Positions 9,569-18,962 of a stretch of 64,000 nt of DNA are shown in pieces; the first letter of the stretch is position 1, and every line of letters begins with the position of its first letter. This DNA comes from Phycisphaerales bacterium. GTDB taxonomy: Bacteria; Planctomycetota; Phycisphaerae; Phycisphaerales; UBA1924. Below the pieces are notes generated by a model. The model did no database searches. It was given only the letters and a program-made list of their open reading frames with translations, and had not been told where the DNA came from. The DNA is taken from positions 1 to 64,000 of the forward strand of contig JAIEOW010000045.1 of assembly GCA_019750095.1 (NCBI GenBank), in the 5' to 3' direction. The position numbers were made by a program, and so were the translations under genes.

Positions 9569-12352
9569 ATGGTCATGCCATCGGACACTCCTGATCCGGC
9601 TCTGGTGCTTGCCCAGCGTGCGCACGCGCTGCCGGCGGCGGAGCGGGCTGGGTTTCTTGCACGCGAGTGTCGCGGCGATGCGGTACTGGTGCGCCGGGTT
9701 GAGCGGTTGCTGGAACAGCATGATGCGAGAACCGTCGCGGGCGACGCTGGTGAACCCGTGTCGAGCACGCCCGCAACGGGCGACGAACAGCATGATCGCG
9801 TTCGCGGGCGGAAGATCGGGCGGTACACCATTCTTGATGTGCTGGGCGAGGGCGGGATGGGGACGGTGTATCTGGCGGAGCAGGACTCGCCTCGGCGGAC
9901 GGTGGCACTCAAGATGATTCGACCCGGGCTGATCACGCGGTCGTTGCTCCGGCGGTTTGAGGTGGAGTCGGGCGTGCTGGGTCGGCTGCAGCATCCGGGA
10001 ATTGCGCGGGTGTATGAAGCGGGGACAGCTCAGGTCGACGGGACGGATATTCCGTACTTTGCGATGGAGCTCGTGCGCGGGCAGACGCTGACGCAATATG
10101 CCGACACTCGCGAGCTGGACACGCGGCAGCGGCTTGCGCTTCTGGCGATGGTGTGCGACGCGGTACAGCATGCGCACACGCGCGGGGTGATTCACCGGGA
10201 TCTGAAGCCGGGGAATATTCTGGTGGAGGAGTCTGAAGAGTCCGGCGAGCGCGGGACGGCACCGATGCCCACCCGCTGGGGACCAGCGGGCCACCCAAGT
10301 GCGACGATGCTGGGGGATGCGTCGGCGTCACGGTTCGGATTGTCGGCGACACCGAAAATTCTGGACTTTGGTATCGCGCGGGTGACCGACAGCGATGTGC
10401 AGCAGGCGACGATGCAGACGGATGTGGGGCAGCTTGTGGGGACGCTGCCGTATATGAGTCCGGAGCAGGTGGCGGGGAATCCGAGTGAACTGGACACACG
10501 CTCGGATGTGTACACGCTGGGTGTGATTCTGTTTGAGCTGCTCGCCGGGCGATTGCCGCATGATGTGTCGCAGCGGACGATCCCCGAGGCGGTGCGGATC
10601 ATCGGGATCGAACCGCCGACGCGGCTGGCGTCATTGAAGCGTGAACTCCGCGGAGAGATTCAGACGATTGTCGAGAAGGCAATCGAGAAGGACAAGTCTC
10701 GACGCTATCAGTCGGCGCGTGATCTGGCCGATGACATTCGCAGGTATCTTCGCGATGAGCCGATCATGGCGCGGCCCGCGGGGACGGTGTATCGATTCAC
10801 CAAGTTTGCCAAGCGGAACAAGGGGCTGGTGGGCGGGCTGGCGGCAGCGGGTGTGATCCTTGGTCTTGGCGCGGTCGGCGTGAGTTGGCAGGCAGCGCGA
10901 GCGACGGCGGGGTGGGCCAAGGCCGAGCAGAACCTGACTTTGGCGCAGGCGGCGCAGAAGCGTGCGGAGACTGAGGCGGAGAATGCGCGGAGCGTGAGCG
11001 ATTTTCTCTCCGGGATGCTGACGAGCGTGGACCCGGAGACGGCGATCGGGCGCGAGGTGACGGCGCGGGAGTTGTTTGATGCGGCGGTGGTGAACCTGGA
11101 GTCGGGCTCGCGGCCGCCGAGTGTTGAGACGACGATCCGTGCGGCGGTGAGCCAGAGCTATCGGGGGATCGGAAAGGCGGACCTGGCGGTGCCGCATGCG
11201 CGGCGAGTGCGTGAGCTTGCGACCCGGCTGGATGGGGCGGACTCAAAGGCGGCGTATGAAGCGACTCGGAATCTGATCATCGTGCTTGCAGATGCGGGGA
11301 AGTTTGACGAAGCGGAGGAGATGGCGCGGGCCGCGCTGAAGCGTGAAACGGAACAGGCGGTGCCGGATGCGGTGCGGGTTGCGGAGGCCAAAAGCGATCT
11401 GGCGCGGGTTGCGCAGGAGATCGGCAAGGCACCGGAGAGCGTTGGGCTGCTGGAAGACGCGGTCGTGGTGCTGGCGAAGCACCGGGGCGATGAGCACTCG
11501 CAGACACTGTCGTCCCGGAACAACCTGGCGACGTGCTACAAAGCCGTGGGACGGCTGAAAGACGCGGAGAAGATGCAGCGCGAGGTGTACGAGGTGTACG
11601 CGCGGATTCACCCGGCGGAGCACCCGCTGGTGCTGAGCTCGCGGAACAACCTGGCGACGCTGCTGGAGCGGCTGGGGCAGGGGACAGAGGCCGCGGAGCT
11701 GTTTCGCCAGACGCTTGCGGCACGCGAGCGCGTGCTTGGTGCGGATCATGTGTCGACGGCGAATACGCGGCTGAACTTGGGCGTGTGTCTGGCCGGGCTG
11801 GGCAAGCCCGCAGATGCGGAGCCGTTGATCCGGGCGGCGAGCGCCGTGCTGGAGCGTCAGCTTGGGGAGGAGCATCCAAAGTCGCTCGTAGCCATGGGCA
11901 ATCTGGCGTATGTGCTGGAGGATCTGAAGCGATTGGACGAGGCGGAGACGCTGTATCGGAAGGTCGCCGAGATTCGCAAGCGCGGAGCGCGAGGCGGTGC
12001 GGACCCGGAGGTGTGGGGCGCGTTGAACAACCTGGCGATGCTGCTGATGCAGGCGGGAAAGCTGGAGGAGTCACGGGAGCAGTTCGCCGAGTTGATCGCG
12101 GCGTGCGAGAAGAGCCTGCCATCGGATCACTATGTGGTGGGCATCTTTCGGAGCAACTATGGCGAGTGCTTGACCAAGCTGGGTGAGTATGCCGCGGCGG
12201 AGGCGGCGCTGCTCAGAAGCCACACGGTTCTTGTGGACAAGCTCGGAGCGAGCCACGCACGAACGCAGAAGGTGGAATCGCGGCTGATCGCGCTGTATGG
12301 GGCGATGGGGAAGCCGGAGCTTGGGGCGAGGTATCGTTCGGGCGGGAAGTGA
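9569..12352 (+). CDS. Serine/threonine protein kinase with C-terminal TPR repeats
   Basis: Kinase motifs GEGGMGTVYLAE, ALK, HRDLKPGNILV, DFGIAR and SPEQ; a TM segment; TPR_10/12-like repeats (NNLATCY, NNLATLLERLG, LNNLAMLLMQAGK). Confidence 0.85.
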   Translation: MVMPSDTPDPALVLAQRAHALPAAERAGFLARECRGDAVLVRRVERLLEQHDARTVAGDAGEPVSSTPATGDEQHDRVRGRKIGRYTILDVLGEGGMGTVYLAEQDSPRRTVALKMIRPGLITRSLLRRFEVESGVLGRLQHPGIARVYEAGTAQVDGTDIPYFAMELVRGQTLTQYADTRELDTRQRLALLAMVCDAVQHAHTRGVIHRDLKPGNILVEESEESGERGTAPMPTRWGPAGHPSATMLGDASASRFGLSATPKILDFGIARVTDSDVQQATMQTDVGQLVGTLPYMSPEQVAGNPSELDTRSDVYTLGVILFELLAGRLPHDVSQRTIPEAVRIIGIEPPTRLASLKRELRGEIQTIVEKAIEKDKSRRYQSARDLADDIRRYLRDEPIMARPAGTVYRFTKFAKRNKGLVGGLAAAGVILGLGAVGVSWQAARATAGWAKAEQNLTLAQAAQKRAETEAENARSVSDFLSGMLTSVDPETAIGREVTARELFDAAVVNLESGSRPPSVETTIRAAVSQSYRGIGKADLAVPHARRVRELATRLDGADSKAAYEATRNLIIVLADAGKFDEAEEMARAALKRETEQAVPDAVRVAEAKSDLARVAQEIGKAPESVGLLEDAVVVLAKHRGDEHSQTLSSRNNLATCYKAVGRLKDAEKMQREVYEVYARIHPAEHPLVLSSRNNLATLLERLGQGTEAAELFRQTLAARERVLGADHVSTANTRLNLGVCLAGLGKPADAEPLIRAASAVLERQLGEEHPKSLVAMGNLAYVLEDLKRLDEAETLYRKVAEIRKRGARGGADPEVWGALNNLAMLLMQAGKLEESREQFAELIAACEKSLPSDHYVVGIFRSNYGECLTKLGEYAAAEAALLRSHTVLVDKLGASHARTQKVESRLIALYGAMGKPELGARYRSGGK

Positions 12353-12413
12353 GTGGTTCCTGCACACCGGCGTGATGCCTGTGCCACCAGATGCAGATGA
12401 CGGTGGATGCTTG

Positions 12414-14090
12414 TTATGAGTTGTCGATCTGGACGCCTGCGACGGTGGTGTCGTCGTCGAGAAATGGTCGCTGGGCGTGCTGCTGAACGAGGCGCATGAG
12501 GGTGTCGGTGACTTGCTCAGCGGTGTTGGTGAGCCGGAGCTGTTCATGGACCCGATCGACGCCGAACTCTTCGCCAGAGGGGGCGGTTTGCTCGACGAGG
12601 CCATCGGAGTAAAGGATGATTCGGTCGCCGAGAGCCAGGGGCATCTGGGTGAAGGTGTACGGTCGATCTGGGTCGATTCCAAGGGGAATGCCCCCGAAGT
12701 CCGCACCGGTCTGGGTGATCGAGTCTGAGTTCGCAGAGCGGTGGGCCCAGTGGCCGTGGCCGGCGTCGACGACGGCGAGGGTCATTTGCTGGAGGTCGAA
12801 GAGTCCGATCCATGCCGAGACGAAACGATCGAGGGGTGCGTGCTGACAGACATAGTGGTTCACATCGCGCATGGCGATGTCGAGCGGAGTGCCTCGGCGG
12901 ATCGCGGCGTGCAAGTAGGCCTGAGTGGAGGCCATGAGAATCGCCGAGCCCGCGCCATCGCCGGAGACATCGCCGATGACGACGGCGACGCGATCTTCGC
13001 CCAGATCGATGACGTCGAACAGATCACCGGCGACGAGTCGACCGGGGACGCTGCGGACGGCGTATCGCAGGCGTCCGATCTGGCCATCGGGCGGGGGCAT
13101 GATGAGTTTCTGGGCTTCACGCGCGGCGGAGAGATCTTGTTCGAGCGTGGCGCGGCGGAGTTCGAGCTCGGCGCGCATGTGCCCGGCGATGGCCATGCCA
13201 TAGACGCGCGCGAGGGCGGCGCAGTAGCCGCTGGCATCGGAGTGCACGCGGGATTCGCCGCCCCGGGCGTCGAGATACAGCAGTGAGGCGACCGTGGAAC
13301 CGACAGTGATCGGCGCACAGATCGCGGAGTGAATCTTGAGTTCGCCGATCGTGCGATCGGTGACGACGCCGGAGCCGGGGCCCTTGGCTTCGAGCACGGC
13401 GACGCGCCCCTGCGCCGCCTCAATGACCAGGGAACGGCTGATCGATGCATCGGGCCCTGCTGTGGCGTGCTCAAAGGCGACGTTGCCCTGAGCATCTGGG
13501 CAGGAGAGCACCGCGGCGCGGGCGAAGCCGGTGCCGGCGATCGCGGCGTCGAGCACGATGCGGGCCATGGCGGCGCTGTCGCTCGCTTCCATAAGTCGAC
13601 TAGTAGCGTCGATGATCTGATTGAGGCGGCGATCGCTGAGACTGGAGGTCACGGCCGTGCCGCGATCGTCGGCCATGGTCGCCATGGTGCGGAGTGCGGC
13701 GGAACCGGCATCGGAACCGGGCATGCCGGTCTTGTGTCCCTCCAGCAGCGCGCGGAAGACCCAGGGGCCGATGCGAATGAGATCGCCGTCGGCGAGTGCG
13801 ATGGGATTCTGTGATGCCAGCTTCACGCCAGAAACGACGGTGCCGCCGGAGGAGCCGAGGTCGGCGATGAACCAGCGGCCGCCCGCGCCGGAGCCGGTTC
13901 GACTGACATGCTTGAACTGGACCATCGCGTGGCGGCGCGACACGCCCTCGTGCAGGAGGCAGATGTCGCTCTCGACGGCGCGCCCGATCACCACGGGCTT
14001 TTCCGCCGTGATCGTGTACGCATTCTGGCCAGTTCCGGCGACGGTCTCCAGCTTCAGGCGGCTTTCATACGGGCTGTTGGCGCGGGGCAT
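12414..14090 (-). CDS. FHA-domain, GAF-like, PP2C (SpoIIE/RsbU-type) protein phosphatase
   Basis: N-terminal FHA domain (VVIGRAVESDICLLHEGVSRRHAMV ... GSSGGTVVSGVKL); C-terminal PP2C region (GDLFDVIDLGEDRVAVVIGDVSGDGAGSAILMA ... GDRIILYSDGL). Confidence 0.8.
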   Translation of the reverse strand: MPRANSPYESRLKLETVAGTGQNAYTITAEKPVVIGRAVESDICLLHEGVSRRHAMVQFKHVSRTGSGAGGRWFIADLGSSGGTVVSGVKLASQNPIALADGDLIRIGPWVFRALLEGHKTGMPGSDAGSAALRTMATMADDRGTAVTSSLSDRRLNQIIDATSRLMEASDSAAMARIVLDAAIAGTGFARAAVLSCPDAQGNVAFEHATAGPDASISRSLVIEAAQGRVAVLEAKGPGSGVVTDRTIGELKIHSAICAPITVGSTVASLLYLDARGGESRVHSDASGYCAALARVYGMAIAGHMRAELELRRATLEQDLSAAREAQKLIMPPPDGQIGRLRYAVRSVPGRLVAGDLFDVIDLGEDRVAVVIGDVSGDGAGSAILMASTQAYLHAAIRRGTPLDIAMRDVNHYVCQHAPLDRFVSAWIGLFDLQQMTLAVVDAGHGHWAHRSANSDSITQTGADFGGIPLGIDPDRPYTFTQMPLALGDRIILYSDGLVEQTAPSGEEFGVDRVHEQLRLTNTAEQVTDTLMRLVQQHAQRPFLDDDTTVAGVQIDNS

Positions 14091-14112
14091 GTCGCCAGCG
14101 TATCTCCGGCGT

Positions 14113-15213
14113 TCATCCCGGGCAGAACGAGCGTGTCATCTCGCGCCCGATCGCCTCACCCAGGTCGGCCATGAACGGGTCGGCGTCGCGTGCGTAGTCG
14201 TAGCGGTCGGTGTTCAGCTCTTCGGAGTCGTTGGTGTAGAGCGTGGCTGAGATGGCCCGGCGTGACGCGCTTGGGAGGTGCTCGATCACGCCGGTATCGA
14301 GCGAGAAGCCGTAGGCACGCCCGACCTTGTTCAGCACGCGCCACTCTGCACGCGGGCGGACGCGGAGCAATCCGGGTAGCAGGAACTTGTTGGATGCGCT
14401 TGCCTCGGGCGGAGGGGCGTCGAGCGCTGCGATGGTCGCGAGCATGCCTTGGTCGGCGGGCTCGAGGCCGAACCCGCTCTCGCGGCTTTCGGGTGCGAAG
14501 GCCATCATCGTCAGCACATGGAGGTCATGGAGCGAGACGCGGTTCTTCTCAGCGAAGGACATCGGGCGATCGTGATGAGCGCCAGTGCTGTCCACGTACG
14601 CACGGCCAATGCCGAGCCCGGGGATGTTGTCAGATGGAAGGTCAAGATCGCTCGTACGTTCGGCGATCTGGATCTGCCGCGCATCGGCTTGAAAGGAGAT
14701 CCTGGCTGCGCTTCGCGCGCGTTCGGGCGGCTCGTTGGCGCTGAGGCGATGGCGGAGTCGGACGCTTTTCAGACCGGCTGCCCAAGTGATCTCATGCAGT
14801 GCGCGGTGGCCGACGAGATCGTGCAGGAGATTGTGGGCAGGGTTGTCGGAGGTGAGGAAGATCTTGCGTAGCTCGCGTGCGACCGTGGTGGGTTCGGCGT
14901 CGCCGATGCGGAATGGGGTATGGACATGGGGTTCGGTGTCGGCAGACTCGCGTCTCCAGGTGGCGAGCTGTCGCAGGGCGCAGGTGGCGGAGATCAGCTT
15001 GACGGTGCTGGCGGGGTAGAAATACTCGGCGTCGGCGCGGAATGTGATGGTGCGTGTTTCGGCTGTGGCGTGAGCTTGACGATCGGGGAGCGTGCTGAGG
15101 ATAATCTGGAGGCGGTGGGTCTCGGGCTGGTCGAGCATGCGGCGGAGCGTGTCGCCACCTTGGCCGTGGCCCACACCCGTCATGAGCATGCTTTGGAGTT
15201 CGTTCGCGGGCAT
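14113..15213 (-). CDS. Class A beta-lactamase-like serine hydrolase
   Basis: SxxK motif ASTVKL and SDN motif LTSDNPAHN; start chosen at an internal Met so the gene does not overlap the divergent gene starting at 15235. Confidence 0.5.
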   Translation of the reverse strand: MPANELQSMLMTGVGHGQGGDTLRRMLDQPETHRLQIILSTLPDRQAHATAETRTITFRADAEYFYPASTVKLISATCALRQLATWRRESADTEPHVHTPFRIGDAEPTTVARELRKIFLTSDNPAHNLLHDLVGHRALHEITWAAGLKSVRLRHRLSANEPPERARSAARISFQADARQIQIAERTSDLDLPSDNIPGLGIGRAYVDSTGAHHDRPMSFAEKNRVSLHDLHVLTMMAFAPESRESGFGLEPADQGMLATIAALDAPPPEASASNKFLLPGLLRVRPRAEWRVLNKVGRAYGFSLDTGVIEHLPSASRRAISATLYTNDSEELNTDRYDYARDADPFMADLGEAIGREMTRSFCPG

Positions 15214-15234
15214 CGTGCGGTATGCTCTGACGCC

Positions 15235-16473
15235 ATGGGCGATTCGGCAAGTCCACAGCGGGTTTCGCGGCTTGTTTCGCTTGATGCGTTTCGCGGCTTG
15301 ACGATCGCCGCGATGCTGATCGTGAACAATCCGGGCACATGGGCGCACGTGTTTCCGCCTCTTCGGCACGCGGCGTGGCATGGGTGCACGCCGACTGACC
15401 TGATCTTTCCGTACTTTCTGTTCATCGTCGGCGTGGCGATGGCGTTCTCGAGTCGACTGAACCCTTCGAGCGGACTCGGGCCGCCTGAACCCGGAGATCG
15501 GCGTCGCACGATCGTTGGCGTGATCCGGCGAGCGGGGGTGCTGCTTGGTCTGGGGCTTTTGCTGAACTTCACTTCGCTGTTTCTGCGCATGCCGATTGAT
15601 TTGCACGCGCTGCGGATTCCTGGGGTGCTTCAGCGGATTGCGATCTGCTATCTGCTGGCGGCGATGGTGATGCTGTTTGTGCGCCCACGGTGGCAGCTTG
15701 GACTTGGGGTGATCGTTCTGCTCGGGTATTGGGCCGCGCTCACCCTTCTGCCGAGCGGCGTGGACCCTGGCGAGCGACTGACGCAGAGCGGCAATCTGGT
15801 AGCGCGCGTTGACCGTCTGTTGCTGGGATCATCGCACATGTATCGCGGCACCACGCCGTCGCCGCATGATCCGGAGGGATTGCTCAGCACGCTGCCCGCG
15901 CTCGTCACGACGCTCATCGGCGTGTGGACTGGGCGGTTTCTCAGGCGTGCGGCCTCGCCTCGTGGCGCAGGGGTTTCCGTCCGGCTTGGCATTGCCGGAG
16001 TCGCGATCGGATCGCTCGGATATGCGTGGCATGCTTTGTCGGAGCCCTTCGGGTTTCCGCTGAACAAGGAGCTTTGGACGAGTTCGTACGTGCTGTTCAC
16101 GGCGGGGTGCGCGATGTGCACGCTCGCAGTGTGCCACATGCTGTGCGAAGTTCTGCCCGTCAAGGGCACCGGCGTATGGCGACATGTCGGCCGACGCGTG
16201 CTCTGGCCGGCGGAAGTCATGGGGCTGAACGCGATTCTGGCGTTTGTGGGTTCGGGTCTGCTTGCGCGTGCTCTTCAACTGGTGCGCATCACCGGTGCTG
16301 ATGGCCAAGACCGTGCGTTGTCGGCGGTGATCTATGAACGGGTGTTCAAGGCACCGCTGTCGCCCACGTTTCCGCCGGAAGTCGGCTCGGTCCTCTACGC
16401 TCTTTCGATTCTTGCGATCTGGTGGGTCATCTGCTATGTGCTCTATCGCGGACAATGGTTCTGGAAGATATAG
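15235..16473 (+). CDS. DUF5009/DUF1624 membrane acyltransferase-like protein (heparan-alpha-glucosaminide N-acetyltransferase-like), copy 1
   Basis: N-terminal motif RLVSLDAFRGLTIAAMLIVNNPG ... FPYFLFIVGVAMAFS; multi-pass membrane protein. Confidence 0.7.
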   Translation: MGDSASPQRVSRLVSLDAFRGLTIAAMLIVNNPGTWAHVFPPLRHAAWHGCTPTDLIFPYFLFIVGVAMAFSSRLNPSSGLGPPEPGDRRRTIVGVIRRAGVLLGLGLLLNFTSLFLRMPIDLHALRIPGVLQRIAICYLLAAMVMLFVRPRWQLGLGVIVLLGYWAALTLLPSGVDPGERLTQSGNLVARVDRLLLGSSHMYRGTTPSPHDPEGLLSTLPALVTTLIGVWTGRFLRRAASPRGAGVSVRLGIAGVAIGSLGYAWHALSEPFGFPLNKELWTSSYVLFTAGCAMCTLAVCHMLCEVLPVKGTGVWRHVGRRVLWPAEVMGLNAILAFVGSGLLARALQLVRITGADGQDRALSAVIYERVFKAPLSPTFPPEVGSVLYALSILAIWWVICYVLYRGQWFWKI

Positions 16474-16480
16474 CCGACGC

Positions 16481-17623
16481 GTGATTCGCGGCGTGATCGC
16501 GATGGGTGCGATGCTGGCGCTCGGCGTTGTGCTGCCGGCGTGCTCGGGCTCGCGGAGCGCGGGTGAAGCATCGAGCGTTCGAGCCCAGACGATCATCGAC
16601 GGGAAGTCGCCGCTTGGCGTGCGGCTGCCGGGCATGTCGCAGCGTTCGGCGGACTTGGGGCTGACTTTCGACGGAATGAGCGCTCTCTTCACCTGTGTTG
16701 GAGAGCCGATCGGGTGCGATCGGGGCTTCCACGACGCGCTCTTGGCGTTCAATGCCGCCGTACCGGCGGGTGAGGGGCTTCGCGTTGAGCTGCGTGTGAG
16801 TCCGGATCGTTCTGGCGAGGCGTGGTCGCCGTGGCTGACGCTGGCGACGTGGGGAGAGGGCACGCGGTTCGCCGCACCTGTGCGCAGTTTCGTGCTCCCG
16901 ACTGGGCAGGCGGGGAAGATCGACATCGACTATTTCACCGCGCCGCGGCCGCATCTGTATCACCGGCTGCAATACCGCCTGTTGGCCACCATTCCTGGAG
17001 TACGAGTCGATAGGGTTTCGGTCGCACTGGACGATGAACGTGGGTGGACTTTTCGCGACACGACTCGTGAGCCGAGCGATGCGCGTGATTCCACGGTGCC
17101 GTTCCGCACGCAGAAGACGCCGGACGCCGCACTCTCGGGGAGACTCTGCAGCCCGACCAGCGTGGCGATGGTGCTTGCGCATCACGGCGTAGAAGTGCCG
17201 GTGGCGACGGTCGCCGAGATCGCTCGCGATCCGGAGTTTGATCTGTATGGGAACTGGCCTCGCAACATTCAGGCCGCGGCGTCGCTCGGCGTGCCGGGCT
17301 TCCTCACGCGGATCAGCGATTGGTCGCAGGTGGACGCACTGTTTGATCAGGGACTGCCGATCATCGCGAGTATTCAGGTGTCCAATGGCGAGCTGCCGGA
17401 AGCACCGTATGACTCGACCGGCGGACACTTGATCGTCCTGACCGGATTCACGCCCGAGGGCGATGTGCATGTGAACGACCCCGCCTGCGGCACCGAAGCC
17501 GAGGGGCGACGGGTGTACTCGCGCAAGAATCTGACCAATGTCTGGCTGTCGCGCACCGGCGGCACGGCGTATGTGCTGCTGGGTAGAAAGGGCCAAATGG
17601 CCAATGAGCACATGGCCAAATGA
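16481..17623 (+). CDS. Peptidase C39-like (Peptidase_C39_2) lipoprotein
   Basis: Signal peptide with lipobox (LALGVVLPAC); putative catalytic Cys in CSPTSVAMVLAHHG; C-terminal GGHLIVLTGF..GDVHVNDP; a GTG start at 16481 or an ATG at 16502. Confidence 0.55.
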   Translation: MIRGVIAMGAMLALGVVLPACSGSRSAGEASSVRAQTIIDGKSPLGVRLPGMSQRSADLGLTFDGMSALFTCVGEPIGCDRGFHDALLAFNAAVPAGEGLRVELRVSPDRSGEAWSPWLTLATWGEGTRFAAPVRSFVLPTGQAGKIDIDYFTAPRPHLYHRLQYRLLATIPGVRVDRVSVALDDERGWTFRDTTREPSDARDSTVPFRTQKTPDAALSGRLCSPTSVAMVLAHHGVEVPVATVAEIARDPEFDLYGNWPRNIQAAASLGVPGFLTRISDWSQVDALFDQGLPIIASIQVSNGELPEAPYDSTGGHLIVLTGFTPEGDVHVNDPACGTEAEGRRVYSRKNLTNVWLSRTGGTAYVLLGRKGQMANEHMAK

Positions 17624-17703
17624 GAACCAGCCAGACCTGATGCACTCTTCAATCGGCGAGACCACCCTTGTGCCTTTCTGCCACTTTTTGACCATTTGCT
17701 CAT

Positions 17704-18957
17704 TTGCCATATGGTGATTTCCCCATGCCCCCCACTCGCCTTCTTTCGCTCGACGCCTTTCGCGGCATGGTCATCGTCGTCATGTTCCTGGTGAACGTGG
17801 GTGGGACGGACCCTGCGTTCTCGCTCGGACTGTGGGCGCCGAAACATGCACAGAGTTGGATGCCGCACATGGGGTGGAACGATGGGCGGATGGGCAACGG
17901 ACTCGCGGACTATGTGTTTCCGTGGTTCTTGTTCATCGTCGGTGTGGCGATTCCGTTCTCGATGGGCTCTGGGCGCGGCCAGGCGCAGGCGGCGTGGATG
18001 CGTATCGCCATGGCGTTCAAGCGCGGCTTGATCATCTATCTGCTCGGGTCGCTGCTGTGGGCGGCAAGCATCGGATACCTGCCGCGGGATGCGGCGGCAC
18101 GGTGGAACGGGCCGATTACGTCGAGCATTTTTCTGCACTGGGACATTCTGCCCCTGATCGGGTTTGGGTACTTCTTCGCGGTGCTCATGCAGCACACGCC
18201 AAGGTGGGCTCGGCTCACGTTTGTCGTGCTTGTGCTGGCGTTCAAGTTCTGCACGTTGAAGATGTTCGTGCCCGAGGGTTCGGGCACGTGGGTCGATGCG
18301 CTCGCGAACAAGACGTCGCTTCACCACACGCTGGGGTCCAAGCTCGGGCTCTCCGGGCCGTTTGGCAACTGGACGATCACCCTGATCAATCAGGGGTTCG
18401 CATTCGCATCGCTCGTCGTGCTGGGTGCGCTCTCGGGGGAGATTCTCCGGGATGAGCGTCTTGGCATGGGCAGACGAGCGGCCAGCCTTGCGGGTGCCGG
18501 CGGGATTGCCTGCGTCATCGCACTCGCGTGGTGGCTCATCAGTGACTTTCCATTCAGCAAGGACTTCGTGTCCTCGACGTACATTCTCATCACGGCCGGG
18601 AGCGCGGCGGTGCTGCTCGCGGGGTGCTTCTGGCTGGTCGACATCAAGAAGTGGACATCGCTCAGCCCGCTGCGGATTCTCGGCGTGAATGCACTGGCCG
18701 CATACTTCCTCGCCGAGTTTCTGTGGAAGACGGTGCTCATGCAGTGGCAGGTCATTCTGCCGCCCGGATTTCAGCCGCAGACCCTGGCGGCAGGGGCCAA
18801 GCCGGAATCGGCACTCGCCATCACCGCGTTCAAGGCGTGGCTGCAGCACTGGACGACGCCGACACTCGGCACGTTTCTGCTGGTGGGGCTGTACATTCTC
18901 TTTTACTGGCTCATCGCTCTGGTTCTGTATCGCAAACAGTGGTTCATCAAGGTCTGA
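17704..18957 (+). CDS. DUF5009/DUF1624 membrane acyltransferase-like protein (HGSNAT-like), copy 2
   Basis: RLLSLDAFRGMVIVVMFLVNVGG ... FPWFLFIVGVAIPFSMG; paralog of the 15235-16473 gene. Confidence 0.7.
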   Translation: MPYGDFPMPPTRLLSLDAFRGMVIVVMFLVNVGGTDPAFSLGLWAPKHAQSWMPHMGWNDGRMGNGLADYVFPWFLFIVGVAIPFSMGSGRGQAQAAWMRIAMAFKRGLIIYLLGSLLWAASIGYLPRDAAARWNGPITSSIFLHWDILPLIGFGYFFAVLMQHTPRWARLTFVVLVLAFKFCTLKMFVPEGSGTWVDALANKTSLHHTLGSKLGLSGPFGNWTITLINQGFAFASLVVLGALSGEILRDERLGMGRRAASLAGAGGIACVIALAWWLISDFPFSKDFVSSTYILITAGSAAVLLAGCFWLVDIKKWTSLSPLRILGVNALAAYFLAEFLWKTVLMQWQVILPPGFQPQTLAAGAKPESALAITAFKAWLQHWTTPTLGTFLLVGLYILFYWLIALVLYRKQWFIKV

Positions 18958-18962
18958 AACCC

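Noticed and set aside
16427-18849. Minus-strand ORFs of 427 aa and 491 aa overlapping the C39-peptidase and DUF5009 genes
   Set aside because: They have no motifs and Arg/His/Pro-rich translations. The plus-strand genes carry the recognisable domains.
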